This document shows, one piece after another, positions 1-13,273 of a DNA stretch of 64,000 bases; position 1 is the stretch's first letter; every line of letters starts with the position of its first letter. The notes beneath the pieces were generated by a model that was not told the origin of the DNA, did no database searches, and saw nothing but the letters and a program-made list of their open reading frames with translations. Source of the DNA: Octopus sinensis (Eukaryota); the NCBI RefSeq assembly GCF_006345805.1, contig NC_043001.1, positions 24,242,001 to 24,306,000 on the forward strand, given 5' to 3'. A program made the translations under genes and the position numbers.

Positions 1-966
1 CAAGACTATTGAAAAGGTTACAAGTCACAATGAAAATTTTAGGAAAATAAAAATAAGAATTAAGTGGAAATTTTACCAGTGAGTGTGTTAAATTATAAAG
101 CACAAATAGAAAATAACTCTCCCCAGACACAATAGAATCTTGCAAACCAAATCCAAAAACAAAATATAATAAGCATGCATGGATTTTATATTCGTATTCA
201 TGTGTGTGGTGGTGAGGTGAACATAGCACAACTGAATGGTCAAAAAGTTTGTTACATTAAGGATACATGCATCTGTGAGATCTCAGCCTACTCATAAATA
301 CATGCTATTTACACGTAGGCGTTTGAGTTGATCACCAACTGAATAATCATTTCTGAGACCATTGGAGATCTGCTTACTTACTTATGTATGTGAGTGTGCA
401 TATGCATATATATGTATATGTATATATCTCTGTAGATGTTTGTATGCATGTTAGTGTGTGTGTGTATTCTTTAGGACAGCAAAAACTGGACAAAAGAAAA
501 GCTGAATAAAAGAAATGCTAAAAGAAATATATATATAAAGACAATAGTAGATTAAATATCTAAAGCTCTGAGATGAGTTGTTTTCAATACGATGACAAAT
601 TTCAGGACTTTTAACCTTATCTTTAAAAATATAACATCTTTTAGAATTTCCATCTGGATTATGTTTTGTTCAGTTTGAATTCTATCTGTGACATAACAGA
701 TAAGAGTGTTATTACTTTCAGTTTAGTATTAAAATTTTTTACTTTCTGTTGAAGCTGGTACAAGAAACATATCCAGGAATATATCTGATGACAACTAGAG
801 ATCTAACAAACTGAAAAATAGAGTAGATATACTGTTGTGTCTGGGGAGAGTAATTTTCTTTTTGTGCCTTATAATTTAATACACTCACCGGTAAAATTTC
901 TACATATTTCTTATTTTTATTTTCCTAAAATTTTTGTTGCGTCTTGCAACCTTTTCAATAGTCTTG
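1..966. repeat. Fold-back unit: inverted arms ~1-140 and ~826-966 (left arm may extend beyond the window)
   Basis: The reverse complement of 1-60 (attcttatttttattttcctaaaattttcattgtgacttgtaaccttttcaatagtcttg) matches ~908-966. The match continues through ccccagacac/gtgtctgggg. Confidence 0.85.
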
Positions 967-1010
967 ACTCTATTTCTAAAAATGAGGTTAACTAGTAATA
1001 AAAAAAAATT

Positions 1011-1636
1011 ACAGTCCAAGCATATCTCTAAAATTGTCAAGAAGGCCGAGGGTGTCTTGGCATCACTCAGCAAGACTTTTGTTAGCTGCTCTCCAGCCAT
1101 CTATTTAAAACTGTATACAGCTATGGTACGACCACACTTGGAATTCGCATCATCAGTTTGGAACCCCTATCTTGCTCAGAACATTGACCTCCTGGAATCT
1201 GTTCAGAGACGTGCAACCAAACGCATACCCACCATCAGACACCTACCATACTCTGAGCGCCTTGTTTCCCTGGGCATGGATTCACTGAAGCTCCGGCGTC
1301 TGGCGACGGACTTGGTAAACACCCACAAAGTTATCAACCACCTCACCAACAACAACACTGAACACCTTTTTGATCTTCATGTGTCTAACACACGTGGACA
1401 TGCCTACAAAGTCAGAAAACAACACAGCTCCCATGACTTTCGGAAACATTTTTTCACGCTCAGAGTTGCTGAAGCATGGAATAAACTGCCTGCGTCAGTT
1501 GTTGACTGCCATGACTCTGCATCCTTTAAGGCCCTCATGCTTTCCAAAATCCGCCGAAACTACACCTGATTATATATACACTTTAGATGAGTTGTAGTGC
1601 ACCTGAGCACTGTACACAATTATTATTATTATTATA
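1011..1636 (+). mobile_element. 5'-truncated CR1-clade LINE (C-terminal part of ORF2, 3' UTR and (ATT)n tail)
   Basis: ORF 934-1569 contains YTAMVRPHLEFASSVWNPY...LESVQRRATK...YSERL...RR...DL...FFTLRVAEAWNKLP, typical of the CR1/L2 RT C-terminus. An (ATT)n tail lies at ~1619-1636. The ORF start at 934 lies in unrelated flank. Confidence 0.9.
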
Positions 1637-2240
1637 CATGTTGGCTTCAAATTTTGGAACAAGGCCAGCAATTTTTGGGGGAGGGATATGCCAATTACAT
1701 CGACCTCAGTGCTGTTTGGTACTTATTTGATTGACCCCGCAAAGGATGAAAGAGTGCAAATTTATGTGTACATACATACTGGATTTAAATTGTGGCACAA
1801 GGCCAGCAATTTCAGGGAAGAGGGTAGGTCGATTACATCAACCCCTGTGTTCAATTGGTGCTTATTTTATCAACCCCAATAGGATGAAAGGCAAAGTGGA
1901 CCTTGGTGGAATTTGAACTCATAATGTAAAGACAGCATTTTAACCTGCATGCTAATGACTCTACCAGCTTGCTGCCTTAAGTCTGTTATACATATTGTTC
2001 TACATTTGTAAAGTTTGTAAAATATTGATACATAACAATAAAAATGATGGTATTTGATGCAGAAAATTTTTCTAATTTTCACAATCAAGATTAATGGTAA
2101 TCTAAATTCATTGATTCCTTGGGGCAATGGCAGTATGCATTGATATAGTAAATTATTAATAAAGACATTATCCCTGTGAGACATCATCATCACCATTTAA
2201 TGTCCATTTTTCCATATGTGCATAGGTCAGAAGGAATTTG

Positions 2241-2457
2241 TTCTTTTCTACTCTAGGCACAAGGCCCAAAATTTTGGGGGAGGGTGTCAGTTGATTAGAT
2301 TGACCCCAGTACGCAACTGGTACTTAATTTATTGACCCCAAAAGGTTGAAAAGCAAAGTTGGCCTCGGTGGAATTTGAACTCAGAAAGTAAAGATAGACA
2401 AAATACTGCTAAGCATTACACCTGGTGTGCTAACATTTCTGCCAGCTCGCTGCCTTT
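2241..2457 (-). mobile_element. tRNA-derived SINE family B (Nin/Deu-like core), representative of ~20 copies in the window
   Basis: tRNA-like head (ggcgagctggcaga...gagttcaaattcc) plus core tttgcctttcatcctttcggggtcgataaattaagtaccag. Other copies lie near 1790, 4220, 5646, 9703, 15040, 16655, 28740, 34185, 38993, 45835 and 62418. Confidence 0.85.
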
Positions 2458-2623
2458 GTGTCTAATAAATATTAAAGCAGCAAGTATTTATTGAATCTTG
2501 TAGTGTATTTCATGTATTTAATAGGCAAAGTAATGTGTTTAAGAAGTTTGCTTCTCATATGTTCAGTCTTACTGAGTGGCACTTTCATCCAATGCCTGCT
2601 ACTATAGCTTCGCATTCACTAAT

Positions 2624-2671
<48 letters not shown>

Positions 2672-2676
<5 letters not shown>

Positions 2677-2845
2677 AAAATTTAATAAGGGTAGAAATTG
2701 ATATTAATCAATTAAAACCAGTGGCCCAGCATATTAAAAAAATCCGAAGATTAAAATATTTTATAAATACAAAATTTAAAGGACTGACCACTAAAAGTGG
2801 ATGGTCAACATGCTAGATATAGACGTCAAATAGCTATTTTCCACC
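2672..2845 (-). repeat. Fragment of the same family as the HHR-bearing element at 13541-14227
   Basis: Matches ~13940-14095 (aaattgatatt..atcaatta.aaccagtgg..agcatatt...atccgaagattaaaatattt...ggactga.ca..aaaagtgga..gtcaacatgctagatatagacgtcaaat). It begins next to a (TA)n tract. Confidence 0.8.
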
Positions 2846-2921
2846 ATGCTAGCATGGAAAGCGGACGTTAGATAATGATGATGATGATGATGATATGCAC
2901 ATGTGTGTTTGGATGCATGTA

Positions 2922-2957
<36 letters not shown>

Positions 2958-3434
2958 AATGTGTGTTCAGGGCAAGCTAGTACATGTACAGGCCCACCTG
3001 CATGCTAGAAGATGATACCAAATGTCTCTAAATACCTTAAGATATCACCATAAGACTATAAACACACATCGTCCATGGGCAAATGAATGAAATAGATTTA
3101 TACACACGTGCTAGTATTGAATAGTAAGAGTGAGTGTTCTTTGTATTTGGATTAACAAGGCAACCAATGGTTTAATGTCAAAGAGATCTCCACAATTATT
3201 CAATACATTCATATATATATATATATATATACACAGTAGTATCTTGATCTATGAATGCCACTGATCATGAATAAATTGTGCTTTATATTATATATAATAT
3301 ATACATATGCATAGCATGATTTATTCATGATCAGAGTTGTTCAAAAGCCAAAGGACTACGGTATATATAAATACATACATATATATATACACACACATAT
3401 ATATATACATATATACTTATGTATGTATATATGA

Positions 3435-3727
3435 TTGTGAGGTTGTGAGTTTGATTCCCGGACTGGGCTGCATGTTGTGTTCTTGAGCAAGACACTTTAT
3501 TTCATGTTGCTCCAGTTAACTCAGCTGTAGAAATGAGTTGCGACATCACAGGTGCCAAGCTGTATCAGCCTTTGCCTTTCCCTTAGATAACATCAGTGGT
3601 GTGGAGAAGGGAGGCTGGTATGCATGGGCGACTGCTGGTCTTCCATAAACAACCTTACCCAGACTTGTGCCTTGGAGGGTAACTTTCTAGGTGCAATCCC
3701 ATGGTCATTCATGACTGAAGGGGGTCA
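3435..3727 (+). mobile_element. tRNA-derived SINE family D
   Basis: B-box-like gtgagtttgattccc followed by a conserved body ending gaagggggtc. Further copies at ~8860-9176 (+) and ~39460-39650 (-). Confidence 0.8.
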
Positions 3728-3745
3728 CTCTCTCTCTCATATATA

Positions 3746-3817
<72 letters not shown>

Positions 3818-4219
3818 CACACACATATATATACATACATACATACATGTGTGTATGTGTATACATATGTATGTATGGATGGATGGATGTATGGATATAT
3901 GTTTGCATGTATGTAAGTGCCAATCACTTAATGTGGATGGTGATAGTGGAAGAGGGCGACCCAGAATTACTTGTGATAAGTGATGTTCAAGAAAACACAC
4001 CCATCTCAGTAAAACTGAGGTTCTGTAAGCATAGTACACATGCATACAGACATGTGTGTGTGTGCACGCGCGCATCTGTGTGTGAATATACAACTGGGCC
4101 CATCACAAAATTTTCTCAAGCCACCTCCATCACCAACCATCTCTCAAACAACAGTATTCTTTTACAATAATTAAAAGTGAGCAGAACTGTATACCTTACC
4201 AGATCTTCTCTAATACCTA

Positions 4220-4449
4220 TTTCTTTATTACCCACAAGGGGCTAAACACAGATGGGACAAACAAGGACAGACATAGGTATTAAGTCGATTACATCGACCC
4301 CAGTGTGTAAGTGGTACTTAATTTATCGACCCCGAAAGGATGAAAGACAAAGTCGACCTCGGCGGAATTTGAACTCACAATGTAACGGCAGACGAAATAC
4401 CGCTAAGCATTTCGCCCAGCGTGCTGACGTTTCTGCCAGCTCGCCGCCT
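4220..4449 (-). mobile_element. SINE family B, near full length, with short TSD
   Basis: Full head-to-tail match to family B. tctaatacc is repeated on both sides. Confidence 0.85.
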
Positions 4450-5834
4450 TCTAATACCACTTACCTTTCTCACTACCCAAAACCATTTTGCTTGAGATTG
4501 ACCCCTCATTCTTAACACTGTCCCTCTCCATCCACATTTTACATTGATCACTCTTCAGTGACACTGTATTATCTCTCCTCTACCACCATACATCTCTCAC
4601 TCTTCCTATGCACTATGCCTGCTTCTCACCCTCACACTGTTACATCCTACCCAATTACATATCATCTCTCTCTCTCCTCTACATCTCTCAATTCCTAAGC
4701 ATTAATGATTAGCCTCACATCATATCTACCATTCACTCCATCCACCTCTCAATCCTACTCAATCTCTACACTCATTGCCTACACTTTCCTACCTTCCCTC
4801 CAAAATATACTTATCATCCTGCAACACTTGTTCTTCATTCATTATAGTCATCCTCTCACCCATTCCGCATCTCTCATTCCCGTCAAACATTCTTGCATAT
4901 TTTACTCACCCACACTCTCTGTTTTTCTGTCCTAACTTGCATTTCCTTATCTCATAATTTAAGGGCCTGCCCTAACACCTCATCATTGCTACTTTTATCT
5001 CTCTCTGTTTCTCTCACCCTCTCTATAATAAAGTGAATAACCATGTAGTTCCTCTACAGCAAGAAACTATTCTACTTTAGCTCTTTCTCTCATTCTTTAA
5101 CCCCTCATCTCCTAACATAAAGCTGCTTCTCTCACTCCTTTAGCCCCACTCAGCCCTAACCCCACCCCCACTCAGCCCCTAACCCTAACCCCACTCAGTC
5201 AGTCAAAAGGAGCTTAGTCTTGAATGCTGCATCACAACCTGACTAGTGCTGATGCTATGAAAAAAGCACACAGTACACACCGTAAAATGATTGATATTAG
5301 GAAGGGTACCAAGCAATAGAAACTATACCAAACTAGACAATGGAGCATGGTGCAGTCCTCAGACATGTGGTCACTCCTGTAATAATACTGAACAGAGGCA
5401 GCATTCAATGTCTTCAAGGGCAACTATATTTAATGTATTATTAAGAAGCCTACTAAACTGATTGCATGTGGTTTAATTGAAGGTATGCCTAGTATATACA
5501 TTGAACTTGAAAGGCAGTGAAAATTGTACCTCTCAAACATTGAGTAAATATTTACTAAGTTATATACTGAGTTCTGTGGATTGATATTAACATTTATAAA
5601 ATATATTGGGAATCATTTACTTTCTTTAATATAATTACCATATTAAAGCAGCGAGCTGGCAGAAAAGTTAGTTCTTTATATTCTGAGTTGAAATTCCAGC
5701 AAGATCAGCTTTGCCTTTCATCCCTTCAGGGTCAATAAATTAAGTACCAATTGCATACTGGGGTCAATCTAATCGACTTGCACCCTCCCCCAAAATTTCA
5801 GGCCTTGTGCCTAAAGTAGAAGAGAATATAATTA

Positions 5835-6238
5835 CCGTATTTTATCTTGTATAAGGAATCCTTGTGTATAAGGAACCCCTTAATTTTGGGGGTTTAAAAT
5901 TTGGAAAAACGGTTTTGTAAGGGATTATGATACTATCCATGTATAAGAAACTCCCATATTTTTTTAACCTAATTTTTGAAAAAAAAGGGTTCCTTATCCC
6001 TTTTGTTACCAACCCGGCTGAAACCGGCTTTGGCTCTGTTGTACAAATGTCTTGTTTTCTTAAGGTTTCAATTAAAATCTTCCACCAAACCTTAGTCACA
6101 ATTTATGTTCCTAACACTAGCTGAATGATAACTAAGTTATTTTACTCAATTCTTTGTTATATTTAAAGTAATTGAAAGAAACACAGAACATCTCAAAATA
6201 AATACAGTAATGAAAGGGTTATACATGTTAAAAGATGG
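5835..6238. mobile_element. Tc2/pogo-like MITE (CCGTA-type TIR, TA TSD), interrupted by a piggyBac-type MITE
   Basis: Left end ta|ccgtattttatcttgtataag. Right end cttatacatgttaaaagatgg|ta after removing the 5998-6218 insert and one TTAT copy. Confidence 0.6.
5998..6218 (-). mobile_element. piggyBac-type MITE, 221 bp, TTAT target duplication
   Basis: ttat|CCCTTT...AAAGGG|ttat. It is the reverse-complement counterpart of 12031-12251. Confidence 0.85.
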
Positions 6239-6392
6239 TAATTTTCATAGTTTTAACCTTGGCAGGCATGACCTACTTTGCTTTTGCAGAGTTAAAAAAA
6301 TGCTTTTCTACAATGCAGATATATAGGTAGAAAAAGAAGAGAAGGTTTCACTACCATGTAGCATAGCAGGCATCAGACAATCTACCTTTCAC

Positions 6393-6423
<31 letters not shown>

Positions 6424-6827
6424 CCCTTTGTTGCCAGCAGAGGTAGGAGCTCTCTGAATTTTGCCCAGCCTAGTCTTATTCTCACGGTGAGAATATAAAT
6501 TTCCGGTAAAGACTGTGTTTAGATGCAATATGAAAAATACTGGAAAATAAATATTTTAAATATTTATTAATACAAAGGAAAAAATGTACTTAGTAGTGTG
6601 ATGATATTAGATGAATGGAAGCTGAAGCTGAGACAAAATGTCAGTGATGTTTTTTTTTATCAAAGCAAAGAGCAGAAGATGCCTTAGAAATTGTAATTAG
6701 GACAAAGAATATGAAAACTAACAGAAAAAATATATTGCAAATATGACAAGCTACAGGGAATATTTTTTTTGATAATTATCATAAATACTTACTTTGAAAA
6801 GAAATACTGGATCTATAGATTAATATC

Positions 6828-8200
6828 ATCATCATCATAATTTAATATCCGTTGTTCATGCTGGCATGGGCTGAACAGTTTGACTAGGGCTGGCACGCTG
6901 GAAGGCTGCACCAGACTCCAGTCTGATTTGGCATGGTTTTTATGGCTGGATGCCCTTCCTAATGCCAACCACTCCAAGAGTGTAATGAGTGCTATTATGT
7001 GTCACTGGCATATGTGCCATGAGTGCAATTTTGCTTGGCTTGATGGGTTTTCTTCTCAAGCACAACATAATGCCAGATGTCTTGGTCATTGTCTCCGTGG
7101 AGCCCAACACTCAAAAGGAGCTTTTCACATGTCACCAGCATCAGCCACTTTGCCTTTGTGAGGCCCTACACTCAAAAGGTGACTTTTATGTGCCACCAGC
7201 ACAGGTGCCAGTTACATGACATCAGCATAAGCCATGATTACAATTTCACTTGGCTTTATGGGTCTTCTCAAGCACAGCATATTGCCAAAGGTCTTGATCC
7301 CTAGTCATTGCTTCTGTGAGGCCCAAAGCTCAAAGATCATGCTTCACTACCTCGTCCCATGTCTTCTTGGGTTCATCTCTACCACAGATTCCATCCACAG
7401 TTAGAGATTAGCACTTCTTTACCACTGTCCATGTCTATATACACCACATGACCATACCAGTGCAGTCATCTCTCTTGCACACCACATCTGATGCCTTTTA
7501 TGCCCAACTTTTCTCTCAAGATGCTTACACTGTCAAACATGCACACTGACATTGCACATCCAGCAGAGCATACTAGCTTCATTTCTTTCATGCCTACTCA
7601 TGTCATTGGCTGTCACAGCCTATGTTTCATTGCTCTGTAGCATAGCTGTTCACACACAGACATCATACAATCTGCCTTTCACTCTGAGAAAGAGACCCTT
7701 TGTTGCTGGCAGAGGTGGGAGCTCTCTGAACTTTTCCCAGACTAATCTTATTCTCACAGCTATACTCTTGGAGCATCCATCTCCACTATGAACCATTTTG
7801 ATAATGGAAGCTATCTACTACCTCTAGCTTACCCACCTGGCAGTTAATGGAGTCTATTTTCTGTATATTTCCAATGTTTATTGTACCTGTACATCTTCTA
7901 CACACAAAAGCTATTTTCCCTGTTAACCTTCCTCTGATATTGCTACACCTCTTATGTGTCCATAGCTTACACTGGGTACATCTTATGGAGTTTCTACATA
8001 CACCTCTTCTACAAACTGAACAGGGCCATCTGCCTGAAGGGACTTGTGATTTATCTGTCTTCTAGCTTACTAAGACTTTGGGGGTTTTTTTAAGGTTAAC
8101 TCGAAGGCCCTTTGATTCTAGATCTTTCTTCCATACCTGAAACTGCTTCTCTAGTGCTGGTAGTCATTCAGCTATAAGAACAAGGTCATCACAATTCCAA
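6828..8200 (-). mobile_element. Degraded 5'-truncated RTE-clade LINE (RT C-terminal half, 3' UTR, (GAT)n tail)
   Basis: The minus strand reads DDLVLIAE*LPALEKQFQVWKKDLESKGLRVN and CSVCRRGVCRNSIRCTQCKLWTHKRCS, then the RTE C-terminal region, 3' UTR subrepeats and tail. A second fragment lies at ~6350-6485. Confidence 0.85.
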
Positions 8201-11200
8201 AAGTTTAGTTAACCTACATTATTTTGCACATTTTTACCTATTTTGTACATAGCTCATATAACAGAAATCCAACTCAGGAAATTTTACAGTTTATGGGAAA
8301 ACTTTGATGAACTAATTGAATATTTCCAATAAATTGTCTTGCAAGTAAAGACATCTCAATTAATACATATGTAGTAAAGAAATGTGAGCACCTGCTCTCT
8401 CATTTATTATAATGTATTGTAATAACAGAACACATTCCAATACTATTGAAATCTGATTTTACTTTCATTTCATTAATAATTAATGAAAGCTAGACGGGAA
8501 GTCTTGTCAGTCCTCTGAGTTGGTGGAATTCATTTTCAATAGGTTGATGTCTGTATGACAAAGATGGGTTGAGAGGGATTTTGGAACTCTAGAAAGCAAT
8601 GTCTCAGTCAAGTGTGAGACTTGACACAAGAGGGTTGTTGTGAGGAGGAGTGTGTACATCAAACCAGGTGGGCCTCGATGGAAAGGATAAGCAGAGTATC
8701 ATGTAGTATAGTGATAGAAAAGAATGTAAAGATAAGAGATAGTATACTTGTCATTATGTTAGTGAGTCTGTAATCAGAAAAAGGATTTCGTTTTGGATAT
8801 GGTCTCGAATGTCTGTACGTGTACAAGCAACACCATACCATATATATGTGTTAGTTGCTCTGTGGCTAGAGTGCCGAGCTTATGATCGTAAGTTTGAGAG
8901 TTCAATTCCTGGATTGGGCTGCATGTTGTATTCTTGAGCAAGATGCTTTATTTCACGTTGCTCCATTTCACTCAGCTTTAGAAATGAGTTGCAATGTCAA
9001 TGGTGCCAAGCTGTATTGGCCTTTGCCTTTTCCTTGGATAACATCAATGGCATGGAATGGGGAGGCTGGTATGCAATGGCGACTGCTAGTCTTTCATAAA
9101 CAACCTTGCCCGGATTTGTGCCTTGGAGGGGAACTTTCTAGGTGCAATCCCATGGTCATTCATGACTGAAAGGGGGATTTTGTACTTCAATGTAGGTCAC
9201 ATGAGATTTGTAGAGGGAAGTAAAGGGTTAGTGCTTCTGGACAAGAGTAACTAAAAGACATTGTTCCTGATGTTTGGTGAAGAGATTTGAGAGATAAATA
9301 TTGTGCATTCTATAGAAGTGTAGTCACTACTTTTCAGAAAATTGCTGGAATATGCTGGTTGAAGGGATTATGGTTCGATTAAAATCCAGGATGTTGGTGC
9401 AGAAGAAGGGAAATTATCCTGTGGATTGACTATTGTTTTGTTTGACTTGTTTGAGGTTTTGACTGTGAATATTTTGGTATGAAGGATAAGATAAAACTCT
9501 AGCTAATTCTTTGAGAGTAGCCTGATTGGAAGTCAGTGGACTCAGACCAGCCACTACTAAAAGTCTTATGTTTGATGAGGGCACCAATTACCACTGGGGA
9601 AAACAAAATGTGGGGTTGTGTTGACAGAAAACATCTCTGAAGTATTATCCACAGGTTAAGATCCTCTTGTTGTCTGGCAGAAAAATCTGCTTCCAATGAC
9701 ATCTATTTCTTTACTACTCACAAGGGGCTAAATACAAAGAGGACAAACAAGGACAGACACACGGATTAAGTCGATTATATCGACCCCAGTGAGTAACTGG
9801 TACTTATTTAATCGACCCCTAAAGGATGAAAAGCAAAGTTGACCTCGGCGGAATTTGAACTCAGAATGTAGCGGCAGACGAAATACTACTAAGTATTTTG
9901 CCCGGCGTGCTAACAATTCTGCCTTTTAGCACATAGTTCTTTTATTAAACATCAGTTGTTGATGATGATGATGTAAATTTCCAGATACCTTCTCACAATT
10001 GGTGACATTACATAAAGGAAAGTGTAGCTAATTGTTGCACTTCAAAAGTCAGTGTTTGGGGGTCTTTCTTTGTATACTTTCCATTTTACACCTTTTACAG
10101 GTAAGGTGTTAAACTGGGAAGAAAGCTTGTTCAGAAATGAAATAAAACTGTTAAAAGCGATCTTATATTATGAAATAATGAATTTTTGATGTCTTTTTCA
10201 TTTTATTGTTAATGGTGAGATGAAATGAGAAATAAAAATTTGACCTTAGGCTAAGCTAAGATCTCTAATCTTCTTTAATTAGTGCCATGAAAGGTTATAC
10301 AATTCTTTCAAATTTTGAATAAGAAGCAGCTCTATGCTGTGAACATTAGCAGTGTAACACACATACTGTATTTGTGTTGTTAAATGCTTTTATGTTGCAG
10401 TATTTTGTCCAGAAAATTAACGATTAATATTTTAACACACTATGCCTTTAAAGGGAGTTTTCTTGGTCGAAATATCACTGCTTAAAAGCATTTAACAACC
10501 AACACATATAAATTAAGTATGTGACATCGATAATATAATTCAATATGCAATTAGATAGGAAGCAATGATTACTAGAGGCTACATACACATACCTATTAAT
10601 TATATTTAATTACATATATGTATGTATTGATCCATCCATCCATCCATACATACATGCATGCATACATACATACATACGTTCATACATACATTTCTTACGC
10701 ACAGTACATGTCGGTATATACATGCATACATACACACATATATACATAAAGATAAATATCAGTGAGAAAGAGAATACCTACACTGAACTATTGAGAAACT
10801 TATAGTTATTCTACCCAGATTACTAGGCTTATCAAAACCAGAAAGGGAGAAAGTTCCATCAATGGAACTGTAAAGATTTGTAAAATTTTCCAGGAGTTTA
10901 ACATTGAAGTATATATGTGTATGTCTAAACATGCAATTATATGCATGAGAGAACATACATAAAACATGCATAGACTCCAAATACTGCAAACATACACACA
11001 TACATACACAAATAGCTTGTTGGTGTTGAAATTCAAATAAAGGAGCCTTGAACGTAGGTTAGAAACCGGGTCCTTCTCTATTGTCACAAAATCTTGACAT
11101 AAAAGTGAATAACATGTATATATCCATACATACACATATACATACATGTTTCTAAACTAAACATTTTAGCCTAATTAAGTGTGGTAAGTAGCTTGCTTAC

Positions 11201-12030
11201 CAACCACATGGTTCCAGGTTCAGTCCCACTGCATGGCACCTTCAGCAAGTGTCTTCTACTAAAGCCCCTCGGGCCGACCAAAGCCTTGTCAGTGGATTTG
11301 GTAGACGGAAACTGAAAGAAGCTCGTCATGTATATGTATCTATATTATATGTGTGTGTGTGTGTTTATGACTGAAACACCTAAGCTCCACACTTAGAAGG
11401 TAATGGCAAACTTCTGCTGACTCTTTCACCACAACTTTCTCTCACTCTTTCCTCCTGCATCTTGCAGCTCACATGTGATGGACCGGCGTCCCATCCAGGT
11501 GGGGAACCTATATGCCAAGGAAACCGGGAAACTAGCCTTTATGAGCCAGGCATGGCTCAAGAAGGAACAAACAACAACAATATTAAATGAATAATAAGAA
11601 CAGTTAACTGTTTTCTACTACACTTTTGGCCATCTTGAGGATGTTTTCTTTCTAGATAGATATTGTATCAGTATTGTTGTATTTCATGTCATTATAATGA
11701 TTATCAAAATTCATGACTGTGTCTGCTGAAAAATTCTTGGATATTTTATTGGTAAATCTAAATTACTGCAATTCATATAGGTCAAAGAAAATGGTACTAT
11801 GAATTGAAAGTAGAGTGTATCCAGATGATAAACAAAGGAAATCCTATGTAACCCCAATGAAATTAATACTTATGAAAATGTATGAAAAAATTGTATGACA
11901 ACGAATATGCATAAGTTTTTACTGGTTGAACCAACATACTTAACAATGGAAAGGTGGATAATGCAGTACTGAATTGCATCACTATATCACGAGCTGATCA
12001 CTCGTCAACTAATATATTTGATGGCATTAA

Positions 12031-12251
12031 CCCTTTTATTACTGTATTTATTTCGAGATGCTCTGTGTTTTTTTCAATTACTTTAAATATAACAAAAAAT
12101 TTAGTAAAATTACTTAGTTATCATTAAGCTAGTGTTAGGAACATAAATTGTAACTAAGATTTGGTGGAAGATTTTAATTCAAAGCTTATGAAAATGAGAC
12201 ATTTGTACTCAGAGCCCAGAGCCGGTTTCAACCGGGTTGGTATCGAAAGGG
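12031..12251 (+). mobile_element. piggyBac-type MITE, 221 bp, TTAA TSD
   Basis: ttaa|CCCTTT...AAAGGG|ttaa (TTAA at 12027-12030 and 12252-12255). Confidence 0.85.
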
Positions 12252-12399
12252 TTAAAGACAAATGGGCTTATTAGGTGCATGATAATTTGAGCAGCTCATA
12301 TATGTGAGTAAAAAAGTTTATAGTGCTTATGGGAGGCCCAGTTTCATACATAAGACCTGGAGTGAATATTTTGAGAGGTCTTTTGGGAAAAAAAAAAAT

Positions 12400-12760
12400 G
12401 TGGGTTCAGTCCCACTGCGTGGCACCTCGGGCAAGAGTCTTCTACTATAGCCTCAGGCCGACCAGAGCCTTGTAAGTGGATTTGGTAGACGGAAACTGAA
12501 AGAAGCCCGTTGTATATATGTATAGATATATATATGTGTGTGTGTGTGTTTGTGTGTCTGTGTTTGTCCCCCCAACATCGCTTAACAACCGATACTGATG
12601 TGTTTATGTCCCTGTAACTTAACGGCTTGGCGAAAAAGACCGATAAAATAAGTACTAAGCTTACAAAGAATAAGTCCTGGGGTCGATTTGCTCGACTAAA
12701 GGTGGTGTTCCAGCATGGCCACAGTCAAATGACTGAAACAAGTAAAAGAGTAAAAGAGAG
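12400..12760 (+). mobile_element. tRNA-derived SINE family A (internal TA/TG microsatellite), 5'-truncated
   Basis: ggttcagtcccactgcgtggcacc...gaaagaagcccg(TA)n(TG)n...gactgaaacaagtaaaagagtaaaagag. About 20 copies or fragments occur in the window. Confidence 0.9.
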
Positions 12761-13078
12761 TACTGGTATTTATTTTATTGACTTGTAAGAGAAGAAAGAC
12801 ACAATCAATTTTTAAGTCTTGCTCTCTGAAATTTGAAGCTCTGTAGTTAACATCAGGCATTCATTATATTGTCTTGCTTTCTACTCTGAATAAAATGCAA
12901 CCCTTTTTAGTGAAGTCTAAAACTTGGTTTCTTGTGTGTGTGTGTGTGTGTGTGCATATGCATGGTCAAGAATTTTGCTTCCCAGTCACATGGGTTTGGG
13001 TTCAGTCTCGTAGTGTAGCAGTTTGGGCAAGTGTCAGCTACCCTGACTTTGTGCCAACCAAAGCCTTGTTAGTAAGTT

Positions 13079-13273
13079 AAAAGTTCCTGGCTTGAAGGGT
13101 ATTGTGAAAAACCTGGTTTGTGGCCCAACTTCGCGAGTTATTGTACAAGGCTTAGAAAAACTGAAGGACCACTGCGATAAGTATGAGAGGGGAATATGTT
13201 GAATAAAATTATAATTAACTGATCCTCCTGTATTTTCTTTTACTCAATGCCAGGAACTTTTCAGCACCCCTTC
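13079..13273 (+). mobile_element. Mariner-derived MITE (left TIR partly lost)
   Basis: aaaagttcctggctt...gccaggaacttttcagcacccct TIRs. The interior gcttagaaaaactgaaggaccactgcgataag...ggggaatatgttgaataa resembles the mariner transposase C-terminus (L.KL..R..KC...G.YVE*). Confidence 0.75.

Noticed and set aside
934-1569. 211-aa host gene
   Set aside because: It is a CR1 LINE fragment, and the N-terminal ~25 codons come from unrelated flank.
11025-11080. HHR-like end (gcc...ggtt-a-GAAA-ccggg-TC)
   Set aside because: No CUGANGA core is present.
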